Shown here: positions 49,687 to 60,103 of the stretch, piece after piece | Layout: each line of letters opens with the position of its first letter | Numbering within the stretch: position 1 is the first letter of the stretch | DNA from: Gemmatimonadaceae bacterium | GTDB lineage: Bacteria > Gemmatimonadota > Gemmatimonadetes > Gemmatimonadales > Gemmatimonadaceae | Assembly (NCBI GenBank): GCA_044224875.1 | Contig: JBGAJQ010000001.1 | Coordinates: 128,001-192,000 of the forward strand | Length of the DNA: 64,000 nucleotides | Reading direction: 5' to 3' | Made by a program: the position numbers and the translations under genes | The notes under the pieces: model-generated | The model's input: the letters and a program-made list of their open reading frames with translations, nothing else | What the model was told of the DNA's origin: nothing | Databases searched by the model: none

Positions 49687-50802
49687 ATGCGCGTCTCCGT
49701 GGGCAGGCTGAGCATGTCGTCGTTCGTCCTGGCGTCGCTCCTGACGCGCGTGGCGCAGGCGCAAACACAGGGCTGGATGCTTGGCCCCTTCGAGAAGCTC
49801 CCGGCCGTGAATCCGATCCTCACACCGACAAGTCTGTCGACGTTTCGCTCTCCCATGGGGGACCGGGACGTGCGTTGGGAGGCGTACGCCACCTTCAACC
49901 CCGCCGCAGTTGTACGTGACGGCCGAGTGTTTGTGCTCTATCGCGCCGAGGACTCGAGCGGCACGGCAAAGATCGGCGGCCATACGTCACGCATAGGCTT
50001 GGCCGAGAGTGAGGACGGGCTGCACTTCACGCGCCGCGGCACTCCGGTCCTGTTTCCCGATCGTGATTCGCAGCGTGCCAATGAGTGGCCCGGGGGTGTA
50101 GAGGATCCTCGCGTCGTGGAGACTGAAGATGGTCGATACGTTCTGACGTATACGCAGTGGAACCACCGCACCCCGCGATTGGCTGTGGCCACGTCGCGCG
50201 ACCTCATCCATTGGACCAAGCATGGCCCCGCGTTTTCAAAGGCTGGACGGCGATATGGCACCATGGAAACAAAGTCCGGTGCCATCATTTGTCGTGTCGA
50301 GGGAAGCCGCCTCATCGCGGCGAAGATCGGAGGGAAGTATTGGATGTACTTCAACGTTCCTCACGTGCTCTTGGCCACATCCGAGGACCTGATTCAGTGG
50401 ACTCCTCTGGAAGACGACAGCGGCCAACCACTCCGTGTACTTTCGCCCCGGCCGGGGTACTTCGATTCTTGGCTTGTTGAAGCTGGACCACCAGCAATCA
50501 TCACCGAACGCGGCATTGTCGTGCTCTACAACGCAGGCAATAGCGGAACGCACGGTGACCGCTCAATACCGGCACGGGTCTACACCGGTGGACAAGCGCT
50601 GTTTGACCCGCTGAGTCCACACAAACTGTTGGATCGAACCAACACGCCATTCATCCAGCCGACGGAGTCTTACGAACGAAGTGGACAGTACGCCGAGGGG
50701 ACGACGTTCCTCGAAGGGCTAGTTCCATTCAACGGCCGATGGCTTCTGTACTACGGGATGGCCGATTCGCGCGTCGGACTCGCGCGATCCGTGGTGCCAT
50801 AG
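49687..50802 (+). CDS. Glycoside hydrolase family 130 (beta-mannoside-active), exported
   Basis: Signal ending AQA-Q; FNPAA, LYRAED, SRIGLAES.DG.HF, GVEDPRV, KSG, EAGPP, FLEGLV, YYG.ADS. Confidence 0.85.
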   Translation: MRVSVGRLSMSSFVLASLLTRVAQAQTQGWMLGPFEKLPAVNPILTPTSLSTFRSPMGDRDVRWEAYATFNPAAVVRDGRVFVLYRAEDSSGTAKIGGHTSRIGLAESEDGLHFTRRGTPVLFPDRDSQRANEWPGGVEDPRVVETEDGRYVLTYTQWNHRTPRLAVATSRDLIHWTKHGPAFSKAGRRYGTMETKSGAIICRVEGSRLIAAKIGGKYWMYFNVPHVLLATSEDLIQWTPLEDDSGQPLRVLSPRPGYFDSWLVEAGPPAIITERGIVVLYNAGNSGTHGDRSIPARVYTGGQALFDPLSPHKLLDRTNTPFIQPTESYERSGQYAEGTTFLEGLVPFNGRWLLYYGMADSRVGLARSVVP

Positions 50803-51026
50803 GATTGCCACGCATGCGAGCACGACGGTGGAAGTCGTCAACATGGGAGCTGCGGTAAACGTAAGGAGGTCTCCTATTGCCTCGTTGTATATGGCAACGG
50901 CGCGACTCGTAGATTGATCTCCAGACCGACGTCGTGGGGATGGAACGTCAGGGCAGGAATGGCGTCTGGTGACCTCCAGACCGCAGGTGTACCCACGCAC
51001 GCTTCACTCGCACGAAGGAACACGGC

Positions 51027-52112
51027 ATGCCGTCACGTATCCCCGAGGTCCTGGCGATCATCGGAGAAGCAGTTCCTGATTTCTTGTGGATGTCGACGGC
51101 GTCCGGTGCACCGATCTACCAGAATCGCGCATGGCGCGACTATGCGGGAATTCATAGCGTCGACACTACGGCGCCCATCTGGGACTCGCTGACGCATCCC
51201 GACGACTTGGAGTACTTCCGCCAGACGTGGGAGCAGGCCACTCGCGAGGCACGTCCCTTCGAAATCGAACATCGTTGTCGGCGACACGACGGAGCCTATA
51301 GGTGGTTCCTCTGTCGAGCGGCGCCCATCCGGGACGCCTCTGGGGAACTGACGCATTGGGTGGGAACAGTCACCGACATCCACGCACAGAAAATCGTAGA
51401 GGCAGAACTCGCGCGCTCGATCCGCCGGCGCGATGAGTTCCTGGCGGCGCTTGCGCATGAGGTGCGAAATCCACTGCAGGCGATGCGACAGGCGCTGGAT
51501 GTGGTGCAGCTGCCCGCCGCACCCGATGAAGTTCGGTCGAGCATGCTGTCGGTCCTTCAGAATCAGCTGCAACAACTGACACGCCTGACCAACGACATGG
51601 TCGACGGCAATCGCGTCCGCTGGAACGCCATGTCACTCGTTCCCGCGGAAACTACCCTTCAAGTCCTCGTCTCGGACGCGGTGAATTCCGCCAAGGCCGT
51701 AATGGAGGAGCGCGAACACCGGCTCGAGGTCGAGGTGGCCGATCCGGATTGTCCCATGACCGTCGACGCCATGCGTGTGATCCAGGCGCTGGTCAACCTG
51801 CTGACCAACGCCGCGAAGTTCAGCGAGGTGGGGTCGCGCGTACTGCTCACCGCCAGCTGCGAGCAGGGTGAGGCCGTATTCGTGGTGCGGGATTGGGGCC
51901 GTGGAATGGACGCCGAGACGCTGCCACGGATCTTCGAGCTTTTTGAGCGCGGTGAGTGCGAACAGCCGAGCGAAGGATTTGGGATTGGGCTGGCCCTGGT
52001 TCGCCACGTCGCGGAACTGCACGGGGGGCGCATCGAGGCGCAGAGCGCCGGCGTAGGATGCGGCAGCCAGTTTACCCTGCGGATTCCGCTGGTGGCGCCC
52101 CCGCGTACGTGA
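51027..52112 (+). CDS. PAS/PAC histidine kinase (soluble)
   Basis: HPDD, E.RCRRHDG.YRWFL.RA.P.RD..G....WVGTVTDIH; EFLAALAHEVRNPL; NLLTNAAKF; D.GRG; GFGIGL. Confidence 0.9.
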   Translation: MPSRIPEVLAIIGEAVPDFLWMSTASGAPIYQNRAWRDYAGIHSVDTTAPIWDSLTHPDDLEYFRQTWEQATREARPFEIEHRCRRHDGAYRWFLCRAAPIRDASGELTHWVGTVTDIHAQKIVEAELARSIRRRDEFLAALAHEVRNPLQAMRQALDVVQLPAAPDEVRSSMLSVLQNQLQQLTRLTNDMVDGNRVRWNAMSLVPAETTLQVLVSDAVNSAKAVMEEREHRLEVEVADPDCPMTVDAMRVIQALVNLLTNAAKFSEVGSRVLLTASCEQGEAVFVVRDWGRGMDAETLPRIFELFERGECEQPSEGFGIGLALVRHVAELHGGRIEAQSAGVGCGSQFTLRIPLVAPPRT

Positions 52113-52187
52113 CACGCGGGAATGCATCCTCGCGCCGGCGCGCGAGCACGATAGATTCGTTCCCGGTCGCTCACGGAGCCTATCGAC

Positions 52188-53981
52188 GTGTTCCTTGGCA
52201 GTCCGAAATCCGAGAAACAGCATGACGTGATCGTGGTGGGATCGGGTGCTGGGGGCGGTATGGCCGCCTACCAGCTGTCCGTGGCCGGCCTGAAGGTGTT
52301 GGTGCTGGAGGCCGGGCGACGATACGACCCCGCGGTCGAGACCCCGATGTTCAAGCTTCCGCGCGAGGCGCCACTGCGCGGAGCTGGGTACAAGGAGAAG
52401 CCCTTCGGCTTTTACGACGCCACTGTCGACGGCGGGTGGGAGGTGCCGGGCGAGCCGTACACGACGGCGCAGGGCAGCGATTTCCTGTGGTGGCGCGCAC
52501 GCATGTTAGGCGGCCGCACCAATCATTGGGGTCGCATTTCGCTCCGCATGGGTGCTTACGACTTCAAACCGAAGTCCCGTGACGGTCTTGGTGCAGACTG
52601 GCCACTGGACTACGCCGACCTCGCACCCTACTACGACAAGACCGAGATGCTCATTGGCGTGTACGGCGGCGACGATGACCTCGAAAACACTCCACGGTCA
52701 TCACCCGGCGTCCTCATGCCGCCGCCAGCGCCACGGGCAACCGAGCTCCTGGCGAAGAAGGCGTGCACGCCGCTCGGTATCCCGGTGATTCCTGCGCACC
52801 TGGCGATCATGACCAAGCGTCAGGACGCCGCGACGTTGCCAAAGAAGTTGCATCATGGGAACCCACTTGCGCAGCGCGTCTTGGCCCAGTCGATGGCAGC
52901 GCGTCAGGCATGCTTCTGGGCAACGCCGTGCGGCAACGGTTGCTCGATCCGCGCCAACTTCCAGTCCACCACAGTGCTCTTGCCGCCCGCGATGGCGACG
53001 GGCAACTGCGACATCGTGAACGACGCGATGGTGCGCGAAGTGACCGTCGATTCGCAGGGTCGGGCAACCGGTGTTCACTACATCGACAAGCGGACACGCA
53101 GCGACCATCACGTGAAGGCGCGCGTGGTCGTGCTGGCTGCGAGCGCGTGCGAGACCGCACGCATTCTGCTCAACTCGAAGAGCTCACAATTCCCCAACGG
53201 CCTCTCCAATGGCAGCGGCCTGGTTGGGAAGTACCTGATGGACACGGTGGGCGCAGGCATCGGTGGTCAGATCCCAGCGCTCGAGAACACGCCCCCGCAC
53301 AACCAGGACGGTGCGTCTGGCATGCACATGTACATGCCGTGGTGGAAGTACAAGGAGCAGCTGGCGGGGGACCTGGGATTCGCCCGCGGCTATCACGTGG
53401 AGTTTGGCGGCGGACGCGACATGCCCGGCTCGGGCGCATTCGGCGGACTGGAACGCTACACTGAAGGCGCGTACGGCAAACGATTCAAGGAAGCCGCGCG
53501 ACGGTACTACGGATCGTGGATGTGGTTCGATGGCCGCGGAGAGATGATACCTAACGAAGACTGCTACTGCGAACTGGACCCCAACGTGACGGACCAGTGG
53601 GGAATTCCAGTGCTTCGTTTTCACTGGAAGTGGTCGGAACACGAGACGCGACAAGCCGCTCACATGGTGAAAACCTTTGCCGAGATCATTTCGGCGTTAG
53701 GCGGCAAGGTGAATGGGACGGTGGAGACCGACGGTGCAAAGGTCATTGCCAAGGGCGGGCAGATCATCCATGAAGTGGGCACGTGTCGCATGGGCAGCGA
53801 GGCATCGAGTTCGGTCCTGAACCAGTGGTGCCAGTCGTGGGAGACGAAGAACCTCTTCGTCACCGACGGCGCTCCCTTCGTCTCCAACGCGGACAAGAAT
53901 CCCACCCTGAGTATTCTGGCGTTGGCCTGGCGAACGACCGACTACATCGTCGATCAACTCAAGCAGCGGAATATCGGATGA
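52188..53981 (+). CDS. GMC-family flavin oxidoreductase (large subunit)
   Basis: DVIVVGSGAGGG, LEAG, LGGRTNHWGR, YY.K.E..IGV, HEVGTCRMG, NLFVTDG, KNPTLSILALAWR. Confidence 0.9.
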   Translation: MFLGSPKSEKQHDVIVVGSGAGGGMAAYQLSVAGLKVLVLEAGRRYDPAVETPMFKLPREAPLRGAGYKEKPFGFYDATVDGGWEVPGEPYTTAQGSDFLWWRARMLGGRTNHWGRISLRMGAYDFKPKSRDGLGADWPLDYADLAPYYDKTEMLIGVYGGDDDLENTPRSSPGVLMPPPAPRATELLAKKACTPLGIPVIPAHLAIMTKRQDAATLPKKLHHGNPLAQRVLAQSMAARQACFWATPCGNGCSIRANFQSTTVLLPPAMATGNCDIVNDAMVREVTVDSQGRATGVHYIDKRTRSDHHVKARVVVLAASACETARILLNSKSSQFPNGLSNGSGLVGKYLMDTVGAGIGGQIPALENTPPHNQDGASGMHMYMPWWKYKEQLAGDLGFARGYHVEFGGGRDMPGSGAFGGLERYTEGAYGKRFKEAARRYYGSWMWFDGRGEMIPNEDCYCELDPNVTDQWGIPVLRFHWKWSEHETRQAAHMVKTFAEIISALGGKVNGTVETDGAKVIAKGGQIIHEVGTCRMGSEASSSVLNQWCQSWETKNLFVTDGAPFVSNADKNPTLSILALAWRTTDYIVDQLKQRNIG

Positions 53982-54658
53982 GCGACGCACAGGAGACGCC
54001 GATGAAGCGACGCGAGGCACTCAAGGTCATCGCCACCACGGCCGCCGCCATTCCCCTCGCTGAAGGCGTCGCGCCGCGCGAGGCGGCGGCCAGTCCACTC
54101 CCCGTCCTGGACGAGCAAGCTGCACCCGCCGCGCCGTTGGGCGGTCCGAGAGGGACCGCGAGCGACCCGGATCTTCAACGGCCCGTCGCGAACTGGCCGC
54201 GAAAGTTGACGAGTGCAGAACTGGTGACGCTGACGGCGCTGTGCGACATGATCATACCCGCTGACAGCAAGTCGCCAAGCGCCTCGGCGGTTGGCGTGCC
54301 GGCGTATATCAACGAGTATGTCAGTTGTCCGCGGGACTATTACCAGAAGGTGCTGATTCAGGTGCGCGGCGGACTGGTATGGTTGAACGTCGAAAGCAAC
54401 CGCCGCTTCCAGCGGTCGTTCGCGCGCCTGACCGTTGCCGAACGAACCCAGATTTGCGATGACATTTGCTACGTGCCGCGCGCGAAGCCAGAGTTTCAGG
54501 CGGCAGCCCGCTTCTTTGATGTGGTGCGCGACCTGACGGCCGAGGGATTCTACACGACGGACGCGGGGATGAAGGATATTGGATACGTCGGCAACGTGGC
54601 CCTGCCGAAGTTCGATGGCCCCCCGCCTGAGGTCTTGAAGCACCTGGGACTGGCGTAG
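53978..54658 (+). CDS. Gluconate 2-dehydrogenase subunit 3 family protein with Tat signal
   Basis: MKRREALK twin-arginine; LCDMIIPAD..SPSA..VGVP.YI, FF...RDLT..GFYT...G..DIGY.GN; ATGA overlap with the GMC gene. Confidence 0.85.
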   Translation: MSDAQETPMKRREALKVIATTAAAIPLAEGVAPREAAASPLPVLDEQAAPAAPLGGPRGTASDPDLQRPVANWPRKLTSAELVTLTALCDMIIPADSKSPSASAVGVPAYINEYVSCPRDYYQKVLIQVRGGLVWLNVESNRRFQRSFARLTVAERTQICDDICYVPRAKPEFQAAARFFDVVRDLTAEGFYTTDAGMKDIGYVGNVALPKFDGPPPEVLKHLGLA

Positions 54659-54789
54659 CCAGAGCATCGCACGCCCTTGGAGTCAGCTTCGACACGTCGC
54701 ACTCGACGTGAACGCGTCGTGACGCGGCCCGAGGAAGGTGGCGAAGCGAGCGCGCGCCCGACCGCTGGGCGCGCGCCGTTGCTGCAAGA

Positions 54790-55971
54790 CTAGGCCTTAA
54801 TCGTGAACGCTCGCGACGTGGCCGGTTTGAGCGGAATCTCGCCGAGTGACCCGGTCACCGTGAGTGTGTACACGCCCCGCGTCGGAATGCGAATGTTCGG
54901 GAATGTCGCCGTTCCATCGCTCTGTGTCACCGCACGGAAGGTGACGCCACCTGGTTGCAGCGTCATGGTGATCTGCACACCACCGATCGGCGTGCCAAGA
55001 TTGGTGAGAGCGCGCACCTGCACGGCTGGCGAAATCGGCTGCTTGATGATGCCGTCACTGGGCTGCTGCGTGAAGATGATCGCATCGTTTCGCGGTGTCA
55101 CGATCACGGCGCCAGACGGACTCAAGCCGCTCAAGCTGCCACCGACACCGCCAAGCCCGAGTACTCCGTTGCCCGCCGGGCAGAAGGAGAGGGATACCAG
55201 GCCAAGCACCGATGAAGACGGCTGCGCGTTATGCAACAAGCGGGGCAGGGCGTAGAGTGCCGGATCGATGCAGATCCCCGCATTCAACGGCGCACTCGCC
55301 GGGAAGGCAGGATGCGCGGGGAACGACGACAGCTCAAACCCGGTAAAGGGCACACTGCCGTTCATCACCGGTGGTTCGTTGGTGAAGGTGCTAACGGGAC
55401 GCTCGTACCCAAAGAGAAGAAGTCGCTGTCCCGTGGTGGCACTCCAGCTGGGCGTTTCGGCGCCCCACTCCGGGTCGGCGGGCACCCGCTGCCCCGGCGA
55501 CGCATCGAAGGCCTGCGCCGATCCCGTGGGGTCCTGCGCACCCGCTCGCACTTCCAGCAGCCCTTCGTCGATGGCCACGTCCAGCGAATCGAGGTCGGAC
55601 GGATAGGCGGTGGAGCTGGTGCATCCGATGAATCCCTTGACGACCTCCTCGCCATCGGCGCCGCTGCCGGCCTGGCTGGTAGTTCCCCTGCCAGCTGCAA
55701 CGCGCGCCATGCCGTCAAAAGCCTTGGCATCGGCCGCTGGCGTGCCACCAGGCTGCCACAGAAGTTCGACGTCCTCGATGATGGCGAAGACCTCGTCGCG
55801 CGGCGATGAAAAGAAACGCTGCGCGCTCTGGCGCAAGGTGGTGAAATCGCACGCGATCGGCGCAGAGCCTAACGAGGCAGTGGGCGTGGTGCCGAGGATG
55901 GTGGCACTCGGGTCTCGTCCACAGGCAGCGAGGAGGAGACCAGCAGCAACAGCAGGGACGAGCGTGCGCAT
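54790..55971 (-). CDS. Hypothetical lipoprotein with C-terminal Ig-like domain
   Basis: LLLAAC lipobox; FTQQPS, VQVRA....G.PI.GV.IT, T.SDGTATF.N, G.YTLT Ig-like pattern. Confidence 0.65.
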   Translation of the reverse strand: MRTLVPAVAAGLLLAACGRDPSATILGTTPTASLGSAPIACDFTTLRQSAQRFFSSPRDEVFAIIEDVELLWQPGGTPAADAKAFDGMARVAAGRGTTSQAGSGADGEEVVKGFIGCTSSTAYPSDLDSLDVAIDEGLLEVRAGAQDPTGSAQAFDASPGQRVPADPEWGAETPSWSATTGQRLLLFGYERPVSTFTNEPPVMNGSVPFTGFELSSFPAHPAFPASAPLNAGICIDPALYALPRLLHNAQPSSSVLGLVSLSFCPAGNGVLGLGGVGGSLSGLSPSGAVIVTPRNDAIIFTQQPSDGIIKQPISPAVQVRALTNLGTPIGGVQITMTLQPGGVTFRAVTQSDGTATFPNIRIPTRGVYTLTVTGSLGEIPLKPATSRAFTIKA

Positions 55972-56049
55972 GGCGGACCCGGTGGACAGAGGCCCTCCAT
56001 AGTGCACAACGTGTAAACGAATCCGCCAGTACCGGCAGCTTTCGCCTAG

Positions 56050-58569
56050 CTACCGAACGCCGATGAGCGACTTGTAGCGCGGATCCTCACGTATGGGGTC
56101 CAGCCACCACGACTCGTCATGCTGGGCGAGCGCCCGCTGCTGCGGATTGTTGGCCAGGTACTTGGTGAGCAGGCGGATGGCATCCTCCTTGTCACCCACC
56201 TGCGCGCGCGCAAAGGCTTCGAGTTGTGTCAATTCGCTGGTCGGGTCCAGCTGGCTCGGTGCTCGCGACGCGACCATCATCCGGCGCGCGCTGTCCGGGA
56301 GGCCAGCCCTGATGAGGGCGATGGCGGCAATCATCCCGCCCTTGTGACGGTCGAATTCCGTCAGATTTGCCGGACTGGCCTTCACGTACGCGTCGACGGC
56401 GGCCCAAATCGAGTCGACCGCCGGCTTCTGCCCAGGCATCGTCAACAGCCAAAGCCGGCACTCGCTGAAGCGGAAGTTGTCGGGAAAGCGCTCGCGACCC
56501 ACCGCGCACCACTTGGCGACCTCCGTGTGATTGCCAAGATCGAGTGACGTCATGACCAATCGATACAGCGTCTTGTCGGCATCCACGAGGTAGGGGTCGG
56601 ACTCGTACGCCGTCTGGGCGGCGAGCTTCGCCTCTGACGTCTGCGACTTCGCCATCAACAGGTGGCTGAGCGTGTTCCAGGCCGACGCCTGCAGTGAGTT
56701 CGCGGCAATAGAAGCACGAAAGTCTTTCTCGGCGTCGGCGAGGAGTCGATCGGCGCTGGGAGCGTCAGGTGCGAGGTTCAGCAGCCAGCGCAGGTACGTC
56801 AGGGTGGCACGCGACTCCAATGCGTCCGGATCGCCGGGAGCGCGGCGAACCGCTTCGCCAGCATGCCCCAATCCGAGATCGATGAACCTCGCATACTGTG
56901 TGGGGTCACCTGGCCCGAGCAAGCGGGCCAGCCGATAGGCGAGTTTCGCCCGCTCGGCGGGCGGGGCGGCCCAGCGCGTGTCCATGGCCTGGACGGAGGC
57001 GAGCTGCGAGTCCGCTTGTATGAGCTGACGGCTGGCGGCATCCACCTGGCCGTCGGCGAGCAGCGAACCGGCGCCGGTCACCGTCTCCAAGGCGCGTTGC
57101 ATGGCTTCCCATGCCTTGGGGTCGCGGCTCCCTCCCTTACTGACGAGAAGCTCGACCTCGTGCCCCACCTGCTTGCGCAGAAAGCGAGCGACTTCGGCCG
57201 CCAGGTCGTCTTGCAGGGCAAACAGGTCGGCCCGTGACCGGTCGTCCAGGGTGGTGGACCCGATCTCGCGCTTGGTGAGCGCGTCCTCCACCGAAATCCG
57301 CAGCCGCAACCGCTCGCCGGATTGCGACACGCTACCGCTCACGATCGTCCCGACCTTCAACAAGCGCCCAACGCTGTCACCGGGAATCTTCTGTCCCCGC
57401 AGCGGTAACACACCGTTTCGCGAGATCACGACGAATGGCTTCACACGCGCCAGTTCGCTGATCAGCGCCTCGGTGAAGCCGTCGGCCAGGGGACGAAGCT
57501 CGCCGTTGGGGCTTTGATCGTCGAAATACAAGACGGCGATGTGATTGGGGTCGAAGTCGGTGCCAATGCGCTCGATGGCGGGCGCCGTCCCCCATTTCGT
57601 CCACCCCCACCAACCTAACGTGGCAACAATCAGCACGCCCACCACCGCCGCCCAGCCCACGGTCCGACCGCGCGGTGCACGTACAGGGGCCGGTATGGCC
57701 GTTCGTTGTCCGGAGCGCGTGGGGGGCTCACGATGGGTCCGGCCCGTCAGAGCATCCGCAAACTCCACGGCCGTCGCGAAGCGGTCCGCTGCGGTCTTCT
57801 CCAGCGCACACAAGACCGCGTCTTCGACTGGCTGAGGAACGCTCGCCCGCACGATGCGAATGCTGGGCACCTGCTCCATGGCGTGCTTGGCCATCAGCGC
57901 CATCGGCGAGGCACCGGTGAACGGCGGCGACCCGGCCAGCATTTCATACAACACACAACCAAGCGAGTAGATGTCACTCGCCGGCGTGAGGTCTCGCTCC
58001 CCAGCCGCTTGCTCGGGGCTCATGTATGTCGGCGTTCCGATGGCAACACCCGTGAGGGTCAACTTCTCACCGCCAGCGTCGGTGACTGCCTTGGCGATGC
58101 CAAAGTCCGCGACGAACGCGTGGCCACCCGCCAGCAGAATGTTGGCAGGCTTGATGTCCCGATGGATCACCGAGTGATCGTGCGCATAGGAAAGTGCGTC
58201 GGCGACTTGCTCGGCGATGGCCAGGGCTTGGTCGATCGGAAGCTGTTTCTCGCGATCGAGACGATCCCGCAACGACTCGCCCTCGACCAGCGGCATGACG
58301 TAGTACAGGAGGCCGTCCTCTTCTCCTGAATCGAGGACGCCGAGGATGTGCGGATGGACGAGGTTTCGCCCGACCTCGATCTCCTTGAGGAAGCGAGTTG
58401 CACCCAGCGTTGCCGCGAGGTCGGGGTCGAGCACCTTCACGGCGACCCGACTACCGGTCGTGACATCGGTCGCGACAAAAACCACGGCCATGCCCCCGCG
58501 ACCAAGCACACGCTCGATCTGGTAGCGGCCTTGGAGACAACGACCAATCACGTCCAACGTTTGGGTCAT
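56050..58569 (-). CDS. Hanks-type Ser/Thr protein kinase with TM segment, TolB-N-like and TPR regions
   Basis: LGRGGMAVV, VAVKV, HRDIKPANILL, ADFG, GTPTYMSPEQ, DIYSLGC; TM segment; IAVLYF...LADG.TE.LI; helical repeats. Confidence 0.92.
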   Translation of the reverse strand: MTQTLDVIGRCLQGRYQIERVLGRGGMAVVFVATDVTTGSRVAVKVLDPDLAATLGATRFLKEIEVGRNLVHPHILGVLDSGEEDGLLYYVMPLVEGESLRDRLDREKQLPIDQALAIAEQVADALSYAHDHSVIHRDIKPANILLAGGHAFVADFGIAKAVTDAGGEKLTLTGVAIGTPTYMSPEQAAGERDLTPASDIYSLGCVLYEMLAGSPPFTGASPMALMAKHAMEQVPSIRIVRASVPQPVEDAVLCALEKTAADRFATAVEFADALTGRTHREPPTRSGQRTAIPAPVRAPRGRTVGWAAVVGVLIVATLGWWGWTKWGTAPAIERIGTDFDPNHIAVLYFDDQSPNGELRPLADGFTEALISELARVKPFVVISRNGVLPLRGQKIPGDSVGRLLKVGTIVSGSVSQSGERLRLRISVEDALTKREIGSTTLDDRSRADLFALQDDLAAEVARFLRKQVGHEVELLVSKGGSRDPKAWEAMQRALETVTGAGSLLADGQVDAASRQLIQADSQLASVQAMDTRWAAPPAERAKLAYRLARLLGPGDPTQYARFIDLGLGHAGEAVRRAPGDPDALESRATLTYLRWLLNLAPDAPSADRLLADAEKDFRASIAANSLQASAWNTLSHLLMAKSQTSEAKLAAQTAYESDPYLVDADKTLYRLVMTSLDLGNHTEVAKWCAVGRERFPDNFRFSECRLWLLTMPGQKPAVDSIWAAVDAYVKASPANLTEFDRHKGGMIAAIALIRAGLPDSARRMMVASRAPSQLDPTSELTQLEAFARAQVGDKEDAIRLLTKYLANNPQQRALAQHDESWWLDPIREDPRYKSLIGVR

Positions 58570-58770
58570 CTCGAGAATCCTGGCTCGTGGAGCACCGTGG
58601 ACCACCGGATACTAGGGGTGGTTGAGGCAGGCGGCCAGAGCGTGGCACGCTCGCGGGCCGCCACAGTCCGACGGTCGACATCCGCGCAGGGCAGGAGAAT
58701 TGGGGTGACCCGAACGAACGACGCCCCCAGCCGCATGACCGGGGGCGCCGTGTGAGGGGACTGCGGGTCG

Positions 58771-59436
58771 CTAGTTGGGAGGCACGCGAAGTCCTGCATG
58801 CTGTCCCTCGCGCACCGCGATCCGCTCGCTGGCGAGATCCTGTCCGTTCTCCAGGTGCACGAAGATCACGATCGACTTGTCCGTTCTGATGACCGATTTC
58901 GGCAATCGAAAGGTCGTACGACCGTTAGCCTTCGCATCACCGAGCCGCACGGCGAAGGTGTTCATATGGGCCAAGACCGTGACCGGTTCGGCGCGAGGAT
59001 TTTCAACGGTCAGGGTGGTGCTGGCCAACTCCTCCGGGTTCAACACCTCCTGCATGGAATCCGCAGGCTCAGGCACGCCACCTTCTGGGGGCACCAGCAG
59101 CGCGATATGCGCAAGCCGCGGCAGTGTGAAGTGCTGCGATCCCAAGTCCTGCTCGCCGTCAGGCCGTACGAACAACCGGATGTCCTTGTGCCCCTCGATG
59201 GCCCATGCCGGCAGCCGCAACGTCGACACGGCAAGCGCCGGGACGACACCGAGCCGTCGATCAAAACGCCCGAATTCCATATAGACCGCGACGGCCTTCT
59301 TTCGTGCGTTCTGGACCGTGATGACGTTGACGGTATCGACCGTCACGACTGGCGGGAGCTTCTGCGGATTTTGTGCAGGCAGGTTCATCCCCAGCACTCC
59401 GAAGGCGAATGCCGCCACTGCAACGGAGCGTTTCAT
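58771..59436 (-). CDS. Exported hypothetical protein with two tandem ~80-aa beta-rich repeats
   Basis: Signal peptide, GGGAGGG RBS; repeats TVQN..RLG..LRLP..I.LFV..QDLGS..H..L.VPP and TVEN..RLG..FRLP..I.IFV..QDLAS..H..LRVPP. Confidence 0.7.
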   Translation of the reverse strand: MKRSVAVAAFAFGVLGMNLPAQNPQKLPPVVTVDTVNVITVQNARKKAVAVYMEFGRFDRRLGVVPALAVSTLRLPAWAIEGHKDIRLFVRPDGEQDLGSQHFTLPRLAHIALLVPPEGGVPEPADSMQEVLNPEELASTTLTVENPRAEPVTVLAHMNTFAVRLGDAKANGRTTFRLPKSVIRTDKSIVIFVHLENGQDLASERIAVREGQHAGLRVPPN

Positions 59437-59684
59437 AAATCCCTCCCGATCCGCGATTTGGATCAACGACCTACGGAGCCGACAGACAACGAATCGATAG
59501 ACTCGTCAACCTTCCTCGACTCCAAGGTCAAGCTTACGAAGGGTGGGTGTCCGCGGGTATCGGCGTTTTCGGTGTATTTCCGTCATCCCTTCCTTTGCAT
59601 CCATTGGGGTGCCAAGCACCCCAATGCATGCGCCCATGGAACCAGCATCGCTCCGTGTGCGACCATACCGATCGCGTCATTTGC

Positions 59685-59730
59685 TCTTGATTGTCACATC
59701 TTGACAATCAAGATGAATGATGACTATCGT
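59685..59730 (+). promoter_or_regulatory. PadR operator overlapping a sigma70-type promoter
   Basis: Perfect 12-bp dyad TCTTGATTGTCA-CATCT-TGACAATCAAGA (59685-59713) containing TTGACA (59701); TATCGT at 59725. Confidence 0.7.
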
Positions 59731-59763
59731 GCTCCAGCGAGGCAAAGGCCAAGGGGGGGCGCA

Positions 59764-60099
59764 ATGGACGAACCGAACACCGACGTCATTCAGGGGACGA
59801 TGGATCTCCTCATCCTCAAGACCTTGAGTCTCACGCCCCTGCATGGCTTTGGAATCGCCAGGCGCATCGAGCAGGTGTCGCGCGGGGTGTTCAAGGTCAA
59901 CCCTGGGTCGCTGCTCACGGCCTTGCAGCGTCTGGAACGCGCCGGGTGGCTGGATGCGGAGTGGCAGCAAACGGAGAACGCGCGGCGCGCACGCGTCTAC
60001 ACATTGACGCGCGCCGGTCGAAAGCAGCTTGAACTAGAGACCGAAGATTGGTCGAGACGAGCGTCGGCCGTGGCTCGCTTGCTCAAGGCGGGAGCGTAG
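59764..60099 (+). CDS. PadR-family transcriptional regulator (ADOP-associated type)
   Basis: QGTMDLLILKTL...PLHGFGIARRIEQ.S, GSL..ALQRLE, EW..TEN.RRAR.Y.LT..GRKQL. Confidence 0.92.
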   Translation: MDEPNTDVIQGTMDLLILKTLSLTPLHGFGIARRIEQVSRGVFKVNPGSLLTALQRLERAGWLDAEWQQTENARRARVYTLTRAGRKQLELETEDWSRRASAVARLLKAGA

Positions 60100-60103
60100 T
60101 GCC

